A stretch of DNA of 60,584 bases, counting the filler, from Bipalium vagum (taxonomy: Eukaryota), in the NCBI GenBank assembly GCA_037834085.1. It is 3 parts of 3 records of this genome, joined end to end, with 100 filler letters (N's around TTAATTAATTAA, not from the genome) between each part and the next. Parts side by side here need not be neighbours in the genome. Positions count along the whole stretch, not along the records: positions 24,887 to 42,861 come from JBBMKC010044957.1; positions 42,962 to 60,584 come from JBBMKC010058426.1; 1 more part is not named here. One strand, written 5' to 3'. Numbering within the stretch: the first letter of the stretch is position 1; every line of letters starts with the position of its first letter. Shown in pieces: positions 37,678 to 51,060 of the stretch. Under the pieces are notes generated by a model that was not told the origin of the DNA, did not search any database, and saw nothing but the letters and a program-made list of their open reading frames with translations. The position numbers and the translations under genes were made by a program.

Positions 37678-40600
37678 ATGAAGCTGTTACTTTGGTTTAT
37701 GATTTTCATTATTGTTGTTAAAAGTAAGTGGTTTTTGGGTTTTTTATTAATCATGTTTTGGAATATTGTAAGTTGTACATAACGGAAAAGCTGAAAAGAA
37801 ACTGCTGAGATTTTTGTTCGATCCAAAAAGACCTGATGCTCATAATATATTGGAAAGACCCATAAGTGATGACAAAAAACCACTCTATGTTTATATTTTA
37901 TTATATCTAATGCAGATTATAGATGTGGTAAGCTAACATTGGTGACTAAAATTTCAGTTGAGACTTTGAAGTTTAGGATGAGAAAAATCAAATTCTTCAT
38001 ACAAATGTTTGGTTGGATTTGGTTTGTTTTGTGTTTTTTAAAAATACTGAAATAATGATAAATAATTTTATAACCACAATCTTCTAGAAATGGAGTGATT
38101 ATCACTTTGTATGGAATCCTTCGATGTACAACAACATTAGTACCATCGTTATACCAGCCAATCGCTTATGGAGACCAGATATATTGCTCTATAATAGGTT
38201 TATAGTCTATTACTTATTTATTAGTCAAAGAATTATATAGCGCAGATGAAAGATTTGATGCAACTTTCCCAGTTAATGTTATAGTTAAACACGATGGTAA
38301 AATGCAAATGGTACCTCCTGGAATGTTTAAGTCAACATGTAAAATAAATATAGAATGGTATCCATTTGATACTCAAAAATGCATTATGAAATTTGGTAGC
38401 TGGACATATGAAGGGAGCCTTATAGATCTATTGTTTTATTGTGAAAATATGACAAATTGTAACAATACATATGGACAAGGAAATGCAGCTGAAATGATGG
38501 AAAACGGAGAATGGGATGTCTTAAGTAAACATCTATAAAATTATATTATTTATTTATTTCTGATTAGGTTTCAAGGCTGTCAGAAGTGTTATACAATATC
38601 CATGTTGTCCCGAAACATATATAGATATTACATATTTTCTTGAAATCAAACGAAGGACTTTATACTACACTTTTAACCTTATTGTTCCGTGCATAATTAT
38701 ATCAACTATGGCTTTATTAGGATTTCTGATACCACCAGATGCTGGAGAAAAAATATCGTTAGGTAATTCTTTTAACAGTTTTACATTTTCAAAAACACTA
38801 AATATAAAATATTTTAATATAATATAATTTTAATAAAATTACAGTGTAAATTAAGTGAATATCTGTGACGCAAATCCGTGCATGACTGGAATTCGTTGTG
38901 TAGTATTGATAAATTATTTTAAGATAATTACTGAACAATCTAACTGGTTATAAATGCCAAATTTATTATAGACAAGCCCTTAAGTTATTCTATCTATCTA
39001 TTCTTGTTTTAACTGGATATGATAAATTCAATATAATATTTTAAAAATATATAATATTATTACATTATATATAATAATATTTAAAATAATTTTAAAATAT
39101 TTCGTTGAATATTTTTTTAGTAATTTAAGGGATTTTTTTAAAAAAAATTATAGTTATACCAAAACTACTATTGTCAGTGATTATTTTTATAATATGATTG
39201 AATTTTTAAAGCACAATTGAAATATTTTCCGAAAATTGTGTTTAAATATTATTCAAAGGATATTGAATTATGATAGAAATTTGCATTTTACAGTGCTTAG
39301 TACGTGAAAAAAGATTAAAAGAGAATTTTATCACTTTAGTTGAATTAAGGAAATTGAGATAAATTTTAATGAAAAATTATTTGTAAGAAAAGGAAAGGTT
39401 AAGAGTAGTGCAACGAAAAGAGATATTCATTTAAATATATATTCATTATTCATTGCTGAATTAAAACTTAAAATCTAATCTCAATACAATCTTTATTTGA
39501 AAATAAAGAGACTGGTCTGGACAAATAGTAAAATAACATTTATATTGTATTAAAGATTTAACAAGTTTCAATATTTTTTTAAAGGATTATTTACTAAAAA
39601 ATAAAAATAACTTTCTTGGACTAAAACTAAAAAATTTTATTTTAATATATTATTTATTTAAAATTATTTATTATAATAAAAAAAATAAAATTTCTTCTAT
39701 GTCAAATTATATCAAATCATTTTTACAAAACACAGTGACTATTATAATGTCCTCCAATCAAATTTTATTATTTTCCTTTAACCGAAAAATAAAATCTAAA
39801 TTAAACCAAACAATCTAACTGTTTAAAATATAATTTTTTAATCGATATTATGAGATTCATTATTGATTTTTTGCATCTTTCTTCAAAGGTGTCACTATTC
39901 TACTATCTCTGACTGTGTTTTTGATGATGGTCGCCGAGAGAATGCCTCCGACGAGCGAAGCAATTCCACTAATAGGTTGAAATGTTTATTAGATTATAAT
40001 TATTACCGTTTCTCGTAGGAAAATATTTTACCTGCGTCATGATAGTTTGTTCGTTGTCCCTTGTTTTTACAGTATTGGTGCTAAATTTTCATCACAGAAG
40101 TTCAGATTCGATAGATGTTCCGGAATCGGTATATTTTGAAAATATTACTTTTTATTGTCATTTTTCGATTTTTTGAAATTATTTTATATATTTAACTGGA
40201 CAATATATAATTTTTGAAAGAACCGAAAGCAATTTTAAATTAATGATTTTATTAAAAATTTACAGAATTAAAAAATATTTTCAGTTACGAAGAATTGTTA
40301 ATGTTTGTTTGGCTCGTCTGCTTTTTATGAAACCTAGAAACAAGATATCTTCAGAACTATCTGATTCGGAACAATCCCCTTCGAATCTTGATCAATATAA
40401 ACGAAATGCCATATATAATCGTGCTTTTCAAAGTGGATCAATGAAAGGCTCTAAAAGTCTGTTGGCTAATGTTCTTGATATGGAAAGTGAAATTTGGGCG
40501 AGAGCTGCTCGATCTGTAAGCTTATCTTATCCTCATTCATCAGTAAATGCAAAATCTCAGCATTTTGAATCCGTAACCAGTAATGGTGGAATAATGGGAG

Positions 40601-40818
40601 AAGGTTTGCTCCCAGAAGGTCGTTCACAAATTAAAGAAATTCTCTCTCACTTGAGACAAGTGACAAGCAAATTAGCTGAAACAGAAATTCAAGAATTGCG
40701 AGCTAACGAATGGAAATTTGCTGCACGTGTAGTCGATAGATTTTGTTTAGTTATATTCAGTATTATTACTATTATTTCTTCAGCAGCTATACTTTTGCAT
40801 GAAGTTTTTAACCGTTAA
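37678..40818 (+). CDS. Nicotinic acetylcholine receptor alpha subunit, alpha7/ACR-16-like, cation-selective, 9 exons, ~521 aa
   Basis: Exons 37678-37723, 37773-37927, 37977-38021, 38088-38197, 38241-38524, 38568-38762, 39889-39975, 40019-40128 and 40285-40818 (1566 nt in frame). It has a signal peptide, [10 protein letters not shown], Cys-loop [15 protein letters not shown], loop B GSWTY, vicinal cysteines YPCCPETY, M2 [17 protein letters not shown] and [11 protein letters not shown] before M4. Confidence 0.96.
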
Positions 40819-41845
40819 TCTATTCAACTAGTATTACCAGTGATCAGTTCTGATTTTATTGGATGGTTAACAAATACATTTTAAATTTGACTAGTAAGAC
40901 AATAATTATTCTAAATATTTTTAATAAATATATTTTCTTTGTGAGAGATAATTAGATTTTTTGAAAATGTGGAATTTTTTAAAAAATCTTCAAGTTTTAT
41001 TTAAATTTTCATTTTTATCACCATTGACAGTTTTACCGATTACTCTAGTGTTTATAGACAAGGACTTTAACATTTCATTGTTGACTTCGTATATTCATTG
41101 TTATCTAATATATGAATTTTTCTCATTCATTCATAATAATATCAATTTTCATTAAAGTTTCTAAAATGTATCCATTCTGAATTGGTAATAAAAAAGATTT
41201 CTTTAATATGTAAAAGAAATTTTAATAAAATTAAAATTTTTAATTATTATAATGCAGAAACAGAAGCTTATTTTGAAAATAATATTTAGCTAGAATTGAC
41301 AAAAACTAAAGAAATGGTGCTTATACAAAACGAAATTAAATTAAATATATTTGTTAATATTTGATATACTAAACTGTAAATATGACATAAAACAGCCAAT
41401 CAGAGCTCTCCAAGAGCTAAGGGCTTATTTGCCCACACAGGCCCTCTGCGTAATTCTTGATTTATTTCCGGAAAATTTAACCTGTCATTAGAATTCAACG
41501 AGATTTCCATTTAGGTATAATCCATTAACAGGAGAAAAAGAAAATTGGGTTTTCCATTGAACCCATTAACATGTTTTGGCAAAACATTAATTTTTTGTTA
41601 ATATTGAATTTATTATTTATAAATATTATTTTCAGAATATTATTATCATTAAAAAGTAAACAAGAATTTAATAATTGAGGGATGAAATTTATTTTATGAA
41701 ATTACTACTTCATTCTTTTAATGAGTTTAAATGGTAATTTCAAAGTCATTTTGTTTTACTTTTCTGTTTTCATTTACTTTATGAATTTTAAAAATTTTTA
41801 TCAAATACAGAGTTATCCAATAAAGTATGTAGGATGTTTAAAGTA

Positions 41846-42861
41846 TTAGGTTGTCCAGTATGAAATTGCGGATTTTTTATATTAATTTTCAAATTAAAGT
41901 TAATCACAAACGTTAACAATAAATTGTTTGTTTTGTATATATCAAATTAAAGAGTAATTTTCAAACCTTAATATAAATATAAGTAAGCATATTAATTTAA
42001 AGTAAGTTTTTTTATCGTTCTTTACCAGGCATGGTTGATCAAAAAATTCGAGTACGCATATTATACGAGTTCAAATTTGACCACAATCCATCAGAAGCAA
42101 CTCGAAACATTAATGCTGCATGGGGTGAAGGTAGTATAAGCGAAAAATCAACACAGATATGGTTCAAAAAATTTCGAGACGGGGACCTAAGTCTCCATAA
42201 CCAAGACCGCGGAAGACCCAAGTCTCTCTTAAATGAAGTCCAATTGAAGTCAGCTGTCGAAGAAAATACTCGAACAAATGTGAGAGAACTTGCTCAAGAT
42301 CCTAATGTGTCCAAATCAACAATTTCCACCCATCTAAAAGAGATTGGTAAGGTTAAGAAGCTTGATTCGTGGATTCCCCATCATTTAAAAGAAAATCAAC
42401 AAAAATATCGATTGTAAATCTGTTCGTCATTAATAAATCGGAACCAAATTGATCCCTTTTTGTCTCGTATTATAACATGCGATGAAAAGACAATTGTGTA
42501 CAACAATCGTAGACGATCAGCGCAATGGTTAAATGCTGATGAAAAGCCGAAAACCATGTCTAAACCAAGCCTTCACCCCAAGAAGACTATGATAACTGTG
42601 TAGTGGTCTGAGGATAGCTTAATACATTACAGTTTCTTGAATTCAAATCAGGTGAAACAATTACCATACAGTCATACTGTCAAGAAATTGAGGCTATGTA
42701 CACAAAGCTGATTCAAAATCAACCAGATCTTGTAAACCGAAAGGGACTAGCCTTCAGGATAATGCAAGACCACATGTTTCTAACGTGACCTTACAAAAAT
42801 TACATGACTTACAGTACGAAGTTTTGCCTCATCCAGCTTATTTCCCAGATCTGTCACCTAC
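41846..42861 (+). mobile_element. mariner (DD34D) element, defective, truncated by gap
   Basis: 5' TIR TA-TTAGGTTGTCCAGTATGAAATTGCGGATTTT. The transposase starts at 42031 and has GRP, WIPHHL, ITCDEK, QDNARPH and HPAYFPDLSPT, with stops. Confidence 0.93.
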
Positions 42862-42961
42862 NNNNNNNNNNNNNNNNNNNNNNNNNNNNNNNNNNNNNNN
42901 NNNNNTTAATTAATTAANNNNNNNNNNNNNNNNNNNNNNNNNNNNNNNNNNNNNNNNNNNN

Positions 42962-43606
42962 CATATTCTATAATTTTGCTTGTTGACGAATCCATTCAGA
43001 TGAAAGTGGGATTCGTCACTCATTATCAAATTCTGCAGTACGTTTTCATTTGCAAATGCCATTTCTTGAAATTTCCGGACATAGGTTAATCTTTGTTGTT
43101 GGTCTGCCTGCTTCAAATATTGCATCATTTGAATTTTGTATGGAAACAGTTTTAGTTCCATTTACCAGAATTCGTTGTAAGGATTTTCAAGAAGTGCATA
43201 ATTGCAAAGAACGTCTTCAAGTTGATGTTTCTGGGTCCTCCGCAATACTTTTTCGTACTTGTTCAATAACATCTTTATTTCTGGTTTGGCACGGTCTTCT
43301 CAATCTTTGCAAATCGTTTACGGAGCCCTGGCCTCGGAAACGTTTAATTTATTGCATAATCATAAAGGCTGTTGGTGGCTTCTTAAGATTGAAATGTTTA
43401 CAATATTTACGTTGAGTTCGGATTATTGAATTATTGTTTTTAAAATAAAAAATTCCACGATTTTTATTCGTTCAGATATTGTATATCTTTGTGACATTAA
43501 TTTCCTGGAATCCATTTTTATATCTACAGTTATTTCAAAATAAATAAATATTGATTTTATTTTTAATGAATTTTTAAATTTATTAATTAACTTTTGCGCC
43601 ACCCTG
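42962..43606 (-). mobile_element. rosa/DD41D-like transposon 5' half
   Basis: Terminus TA-CAGGGTGGCGCAAAAG. Translation gives RYTISERIKIVEF...PYKIQMMQYLK...IMSDESHFHLNGFVNKQNYRI; the SDE.HFHLNG.VNKQN.R motif is typical of this clade. The second and third catalytic residues are lost in the gap. Confidence 0.85.
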
Positions 43607-45934
43607 TACTTAGTAAAAATATTAACTAATATTTGGGCTCTCACTCCAATTCTTAAATCAATTATAGTTTTTTCGACACCCGAGTAAAAATAAATGAATA
43701 AATAAAAAAATCTATTAATAGATGTTAAACCGAATTCAATTTTTTTCGATTCCATTGGAGTCATTTCAATTCGTCATCAAATCTTCAACAATATCATCCT
43801 CAAAATCATCGTAAAAATTACTCAGAATCCTTTATTTACAAAGCTTTCTAAACCAGGAAGCTTTGGTACTCCATTTAATAGTAGCTCGCAGAATTTTATG
43901 ACTCGCCAATCACGTTTTCCAGTACTAGATCATAAACTTTTAATATCCATTAGGAATGTTCTCCTTCTTTTCCTCTTTTCCATTGATTAATATGAAAACC
44001 AAGAGCTTTTGATGAGATCAGTTGGACTGAGCGGAACAAGGCAATTAATTCTCTTTCATTTGTCTCCCTTTATTTTCCACTATTTCATTTATTATGGACT
44101 CAGTTCAAAGATATTCAACTGAGAATGAAATACTAATCAATTTCAGTCAGTCATCTCTCTTAATTCATCTCATCAATAATATATCACTAAAAGCCCATAA
44201 TCGGAGCATAACGAAAATGAGAATAATAAAAAATAAATATTGTATTGTATTAGCAATATGAATAATTATGTTAAAAATATTATTAAGTAAATTAAGTTAT
44301 GACTATTTATTATAATTACAAATTATGATTATTCATATAAGAGTGAATATTATGATGCAATTTCTTCTACATACCACCACAAAGACACGAATATCACATA
44401 CTGAACCACTTGTTTTTGATATCAACATGATTGTCTCTGTCACAAACGGTTTCTTTTCCTCAACATATTTTTTGATGTCTTTCCTCTCTCAATAAACAAA
44501 ATTGAAAAAGCAAAACTACACCACAAAAATTGTTTTTCTTCACATGATATTATTATCATTTCTACACTTATTACTTTCATGATTTTATCTTTTAACATAA
44601 TTATTAACATAATTAACACATAATTATTTAACAATAATTAAAAATCACTGGAATTCATTTTAAAATAGTAATTATTAAAAATAAGTTAAGAAAAAAACTA
44701 AATAAAATTATCTACTTCGTATGGAGAAAAATGAAAAATATAACCAGCCAAACTACTAATGTCGAGTGCTTAATGAAGACAAAATTTCCTTCCAAATCAG
44801 TCATTTCATCAACACCTTTCAACGCTGGATAGAAGATTGACCCCGTCTCGTTGAGGCTGTTTATTATGATTAAACTCATAAAATTTACTTTTCCGAACCA
44901 CCTGCAAATGAGATCGAGAACTCCTTCCTTTTAACCACAAACTATAACAAAAAAACCAGCGTTCACATGTAACAGCTGCACAATTATGTAGCAAAACCAT
45001 GACACAAACTCCACCATCTCAGAAATTTATCAAAATGCCATAATTTACAATTATGTAAAAATTAATAATGTAAGTAGCAACATAGAATTATTTGTTCAGA
45101 TTCTTGATAAAATTCAAAATGTACATAAAGATAATAAGAAATTAAATTAAAGAAAACTATATATGGAGATTCCAAGGCTTTAGTCTTTCAATTTCATCAA
45201 AAAATTGATCATTTAACAATAAATATTGTTCTATCTTAACCTTGATATTGTTAATATTTATGCATGGAAAATATAATTGTGTATTTTTATTTATTGTTTT
45301 ACTTGTCAAAGTTAGAATATGTAGAAACTTAGAATTCTTATATCCTTCTTTCTTATGTTCAAATAATTGTTAAATAAAAATTTAAATATAATATTTACAA
45401 AATATAAAAATAATTACATAAAAATAATCATTATCGAAATATTAATTAGTAACACAAGGTTTGTTTGTTCAATCGAAAAGTTTGATTTCAAACTTCATTC
45501 GAATCATTTTAATATTTATAAATCATAATAAATTCCTGGTATCACAGCTGCTTGTAGGTGATCCGATTTTAAATAATCAAGTAAGAATTTCTAACTATAA
45601 TTCGATTATGCATTATAAGACGTTAATAAATCAATAATTAATGAAGTGCTAATACTTTGTGAACGTACTACAGATATTAAAATTAAATATTTCAATTTTT
45701 AAAATGTTATTTCACAGTATCTTTATTGTGTTCTTCAAGTCAAGGAGAACCTTCAGTAGGACGGAAAATCACATTTTTCTACTGAGGGGCCTTGAGAGTA
45801 TTTACCAAAGGGTGTTCCATCCTATCTTTTAGTCAATCTTCTTCGAGTTCTACCTTAAATCAAAATTGTTAAAAATTTATTAAAAATATATTTTATCAAT
45901 ATGAATAACAATTTCGAACTGAACCTCGATTTAC

Positions 45935-46686
45935 CTACTCAGATGGACGGTTATCATAAAGGATACATTTTTCATCACACGTAATTATTCTGCGCAAAAA
46001 TGGATTAATTTTATTTCTTTGAAACATTTTTGAGCAGATATCATACTTCATTTGTTGTTGATAATCAGTTAATAAATGCGGAATCCACTTATTTAACTTT
46101 TTAACCTTGCCAATTTCCTTTAGGTGTTGAGAAACAGTTGAAATAGATACTGATAATTGCTTGGATAAATTTCTTACTGTATTCTGTGGGTTTGATTCAA
46201 TAATTGTCTTCAAATCATCATTGTTCACTGAAGTTTTTCGCACACGACCCTCTGCATCACTGAGATCAAATTTTCCAAGACGGAATTTGGCAAACCACCA
46301 GCGGGTAGTTGATTCTGCTACATAACCATCTCCGAAAGCTCTTTTTATATTTCTGGTTGCATCTGCCACAGAATTTCCAAGTTTAAATTCGTAGAGATAT
46401 ATTGCTCTAATTTGCTGGTTTGTTAACATTTCTAAAACTGTGCCAAAATATGGTTTTATTTAAAGCAGTAAAACAAATTAATATTAATTATTGTTTTAGT
46501 TTTTATATATGATTAAACAAAATTTTACGCTTTTCCAGTGGGCACCCTGTAGAATATGAATCCTTATCATCTAAGCATCAATTTGGAATATCATATGATG
46601 TCATTCATAATACTTATTTTATATACAATAAAATTATCGAAAGTTGCCATCATCGAAAACGCTAATTTATTTCCGAACAATCTAAT
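45935..46686 (-). mobile_element. mariner 5' portion (TIR + transposase to first catalytic D)
   Basis: ORF MLTNQQIRAIYLYEFKLG...WIPHLL...IITCDEKCILYDN. A TIR-like TATATTAGATTGTTCGGAAATAAATTAGCG reads on the minus strand from ~46689. Confidence 0.9.
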
Positions 46687-46934
46687 ATAAAGAACCACCG
46701 TTATCTCATTATTTCGATTTATCTTTATTTGTGATTTAATTCAAATCTACAAATAAGAAAAAACATTGTAGTGTTTACAAGAACAACAATAACTCTATAA
46801 ATTCAATTAAAATAAAATATAAATATAAAGAATAGGATCAAACAAGATTAATATTCGGTCTACAATTATTATTTTAGTCATTCCTACTAATTACGAAAAT
46901 TATGTCGAGTTATTTTATAAATAAGTGATTTTTC

Positions 46935-47441
46935 GAGAGGACACAAAAAAGAACAAATACAGTTTCCTTCAAGCTTTCATGAGTTAAGAATTGTTTCAAG
47001 TGAGGGTGAGGTCATACAGCCATATTTCTATGCAACCGGCGAAAAGTTTACAAAGGATGTATACCTTGGGGCTCTGATGTCGATAGTACAGCCTTGAATC
47101 GGTTGGATGTAGCTGCTGGAAAGTCATGTCTTTCAACAGGGTAGTACCACCTGATCATATCAGCATTTTATTACAAAGGTGATTAAAAGTTAATTTTGAT
47201 AGGTTTTGGTCTACAGAAATATGGTCTCCAAATAATCCAGATTTAAACTCTTTATACTATTTTGTCTGGCTATTCATTGAAAGAGTTTTTAATAAGTCCA
47301 GGTATGCAAATAAATCAGATTTTCAAGCAGCTATTGTGGCAGCATTCGAAAATTTAGACAGGTAGCAGCTAAAGGAAGCATTTTTACGGTTAGGTCAAAT
47401 ATTACAGTGTGACTGTGGCAGAAGGAGCCTGGGTAGAATAA
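46935..47441 (+). mobile_element. maT (DD37D)-like transposase C-terminal remnant
   Basis: Frameshifted VSSEGEVIQPYF...VFQQ...WSPNNPDLNSLYYFVW...AAFENLDR..LKEA...AEGAWVE resembles the maT WPPNSPDLNPLDY region. Confidence 0.75.
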
Positions 47442-49379
47442 CTCCTTATTAAAATATTGTTAATTATTTTATTAACTTATTTTTAAAATTAAATCTTGGG
47501 TTTTTATAAATTTGTTTACTTTGTCCGGATTTTATTGGCGGTTCAAGAATATCTTGTTTGATGTCAATAAAGAATTGATGCTTTTAAACAAACCGCCCAG
47601 AAACTTCAATTTGTTTATTTAGTACTTTTTCTGATTTCAACATTTTTAAAAATATTTCCTGTCGTATCTTTGGTTTTCTTCTAATTTCTCGATTAAATTT
47701 CATAAAAATTTTTCTAAAAATGTGAATAGTTAATTTTGTTAATTGTTAATTTTTTTATTTTCCTACCCATAGTTTTAAAATAAATTAATATTTATACATA
47801 TACCGCTATTTGTTTTCATAAAATTTATTATATAAATTGGAGTTTACCAATATAGTTTAAGTATTATTTTATATAACTATTATAATAATATAATATATTA
47901 GATACTTATTTGAACTGGAATGTAATNNNNNNNNNNNNNNNNNNNNNNNNNNNNNNNNNNNNNNNNNNNNNNNNNNNNNNNNNNNNNNNNNNNNNNNNNN
48001 NNNNNNNNNNNNNNNNNNNNNNNNNNNNNNNNNNNNNNNNNNNNNNNNNNNNNNNNATTTAACGAGAAATATTCACACGAACTGGTCTTAAATAATTGAT
48101 ACAATAATGGCATGCATTATAATAGTTATTTTCCCCTGATTATTTGTATCCAGTGGTGCGGAAAAGAAGGTAATTTAGAACTCACGTCTTTACTTCTTAT
48201 CATGACAGTTTTTACTTGAATAAATCCGAAGAAAATGTTTAGTGAATAATTGTTTCCTAATGAATAAAAATGAACAGAAAAAATGAACGGAAGAAAAACT
48301 TTACTAATAAAGATAAATATATTCTATTATTATATAAAATATAATAATAAAATAAATTAATAAAACTGTATGGAGCAGAAACTCTATCCGCTTAAACTTT
48401 GTTCTAAGAGACTAAGAAAATAATTTCATATAAGAAATAAAAGATCTCAAAGAGAACTCACCAGGAGCTGTTCATATTGGGAGAGGAACGTTATCATTGT
48501 AAATTATTATTATTTAATTCAAGATGAAAATGAGTAATATTAAGGACATGTTCTTGCACCAATGTGATAATATGACACCATAAATGGTGAATTATGAGGA
48601 AGTACTGAAACTGAATAATGGAAAAGGTTAAGGGTTATCTCTGTTTAGTATCATAATTTTTTATAGCGGTTTAATCACCTACCGGGAAATGATTTTATGG
48701 TATTTCTCAGAAGTTTTAGAAAATAATAATTTTTTTTAACTCTGACAACTTTCGATTGTGATTCGAACTGTGCTATTAGCACTACAATATCTATTATTAT
48801 TCAGTCTGAAAACAGTAGATTTCTTACACATCCATGCCGTTTAAGGAGAACAAGAGATTGGGCAACAGTGAATGTAAAATAACATTTACAAATTGAAATT
48901 TATAATAATTTACACAGGGTTTTTGTGCTGAATATCATTTGAAAACATTTACTGAATATTTTCATGTTTAAGGAAAACCGAATTACCAAGTGTTGAGAAA
49001 TTCAGATGAAATTGATCAATTAATTACAACATCTTCAATTCTCAACTGATCTTCCCTTCCAATAAAAATGTAAGTCTTTTTGAGACAATTGATTTACTAG
49101 ACAATTCTAACAGACAATTTTGATCGAAAATTCTGAAGATACAAATGGTTTGAATTATTTAGTACCTTTGTGATTATTTATTTGAATTTATTAATAATTT
49201 ATTAATAATAATAATTAATTATAATAACTTATAATAATTAATAATAATAATTAATAATTTATTATTAATTTGAAGTTTCCGTCAAATATTTGCTTGGAAG
49301 ACAAATCGTACGTCCTAAATTAACATTTGGTTCTTTAAATATCTTTGAATATTTTAAAATTGGAACGAGAATTAAAATA

Positions 49380-50165
49380 CAGTGAAATCTCAAGTATAAT
49401 AGACACTTTTTTACCTCACCATTTTACTAAATTTGGAGTACGTGTTATACAAGAGTGAAATGAATCATTGAAATCATAAACATTGAATCATGATTATAAT
49501 TCATTCTTTAAAATATATGTTTAAAATAGGGTTATGTATAAATATCTTTGAATTACCTGTTGATTAATTGTCTTAAGATGAAATTCTTAGTGACGGGGAA
49601 ATAACATGCGTCAACCCACATTTCTTGAAATTACCGAGTGGATATTATCATACTGGAATGATTTCGATGAACATATCAATCGGAAGGGATTTTTAAAATG
49701 TGGAATTTCAAATAAATTTGACGGGACTGAAGACTTTTATTTATACAAAGTATCGGAAGAAAGATTTTCAGATGATGATGGTGGAGTTGACTACTATGAT
49801 GGAGAGAAAGAAGATTTTGAAGAGGGTGATTTCAGAGTAATTCTTTCTGGATGCTTTGAAAACGAAGATGACTCACTGACTTGTTAATTGTCTGTATTTT
49901 CATAGAATATACAGTTTGTTTATAAATAATTAAAATCTGTCAGGTTGTGTGGTATGAAATTTGTAAAATTACCTATTTATTACGTTCATTACCTACAAAT
50001 TTCATACTACACAACCTGATACCATATAATACGCAATTATTTAACCTTATTATTTTTTCAAAATTGGGGTGTGTATTGTGCGAAAATTTAATTTCCCTCA
50101 ATTTTCAGGTTTAAATGTAGCGTGTGTATCATACACAGGTGTGTATTATACGTGAGATTTTACGG
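49380..50165 (+). mobile_element. Non-autonomous pogo-family element with TIRs and C-terminal transposase scrap
   Basis: Left TA-CAGTGAAATCTCAAGTATAATAGAC matches the right end read in reverse complement, TA-CCGTAAAATCTCACGTATAATACAC. Subterminal GTGTATTATAC-like repeats are present. The ORF scrap EWIL..W...GFLKCGISNKFDGTED plus acidic tail is a pogo C-terminus. Confidence 0.82.
49940..50019. mobile_element. 80-bp mariner-derived MITE (MADE1-like) nested in the pogo element
   Basis: 26-bp arms TCAGGTTGTGTGGTATGAAATTTGTA and TACAAATTTCATACTACACAACCTGA (one mismatch), 28-bp spacer, TA on the right flank. Confidence 0.8.
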
Positions 50166-50699
50166 TAGTTATGATATGCGGCATTTTGTTATTTGAGCAT
50201 AAGAGCATTTTAATATATTAATAGTGACCTTCATAATCTTTGGAACATGGGGTCTGATGTTTTTTGCTAGAAAGTGACTTTCTCGTGTTTCTTTGCACAT
50301 TCTGGTCGCTTATTTTTCAATGCCATGTCTAAATATATCAAGTGCTGTTTCTAAAGTTAAGCAGTGACAATTTTAGTTTTTTTAACAACTCATGATGCAC
50401 TATACCAATTCGGTATCACCATATGCATGTACTTTCTGCAGTGAATATTCTGTTTTGGTGTCGATTTGGACAGTTGTCCGAGGTCAGATATAAATTTTCT
50501 TCGATTAACATTATGGAAGTATATATATACTGGTTTTTATCAATATCGAGAAAATAAACTTTTCTGTTAATTTTGTATGAAAGTATATCTTAATTAAATC
50601 TACCTCTTTTTTGAAAATACATAAAGTAGATTTTGTTTAAATAAATAAATGATCAGAAATATTTTAAATTTAAGTATGAATTTAGATTTGAAAATTGAT

Positions 50700-51060
50700 T
50701 TAATTCGATGTTATTATGGACCCTAGAACTAAAACACCAAAAAAATTTAATCAAGGATCCATGCACATGTTCTATATTATCCAAATCTGTAAAGAAGTTT
50801 TAGGAAACTGGAAGTGTAGTCAATATATCCAATGGACTGAACTTAAAAAATTAAATGTTCATTTACCGATAGTAAATAAATAGTAAGATGCATATTTGAA
50901 GATTTTTATGTTTATGTAATTTTACCTGCATCAGTTCAGCAAATTTTAAAAGATGAGAAATTAAAAACTTTTAAAATGCAGCTGCTTCATGAGCTGAAAC
51001 TAGATGACTATGATCACGAATTAAGCTTGGTTTGTGGTTGTTGCAGTATCAGGATATATT
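50700..51060 (+). mobile_element. rosa/DD41D-like transposase N-terminal remnant
   Basis: KKF.ETGSV and LKTFKMQLLHELKLDDYDH resemble KFEETGSV and YKIQLVQELK.DD..R. Confidence 0.55.
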
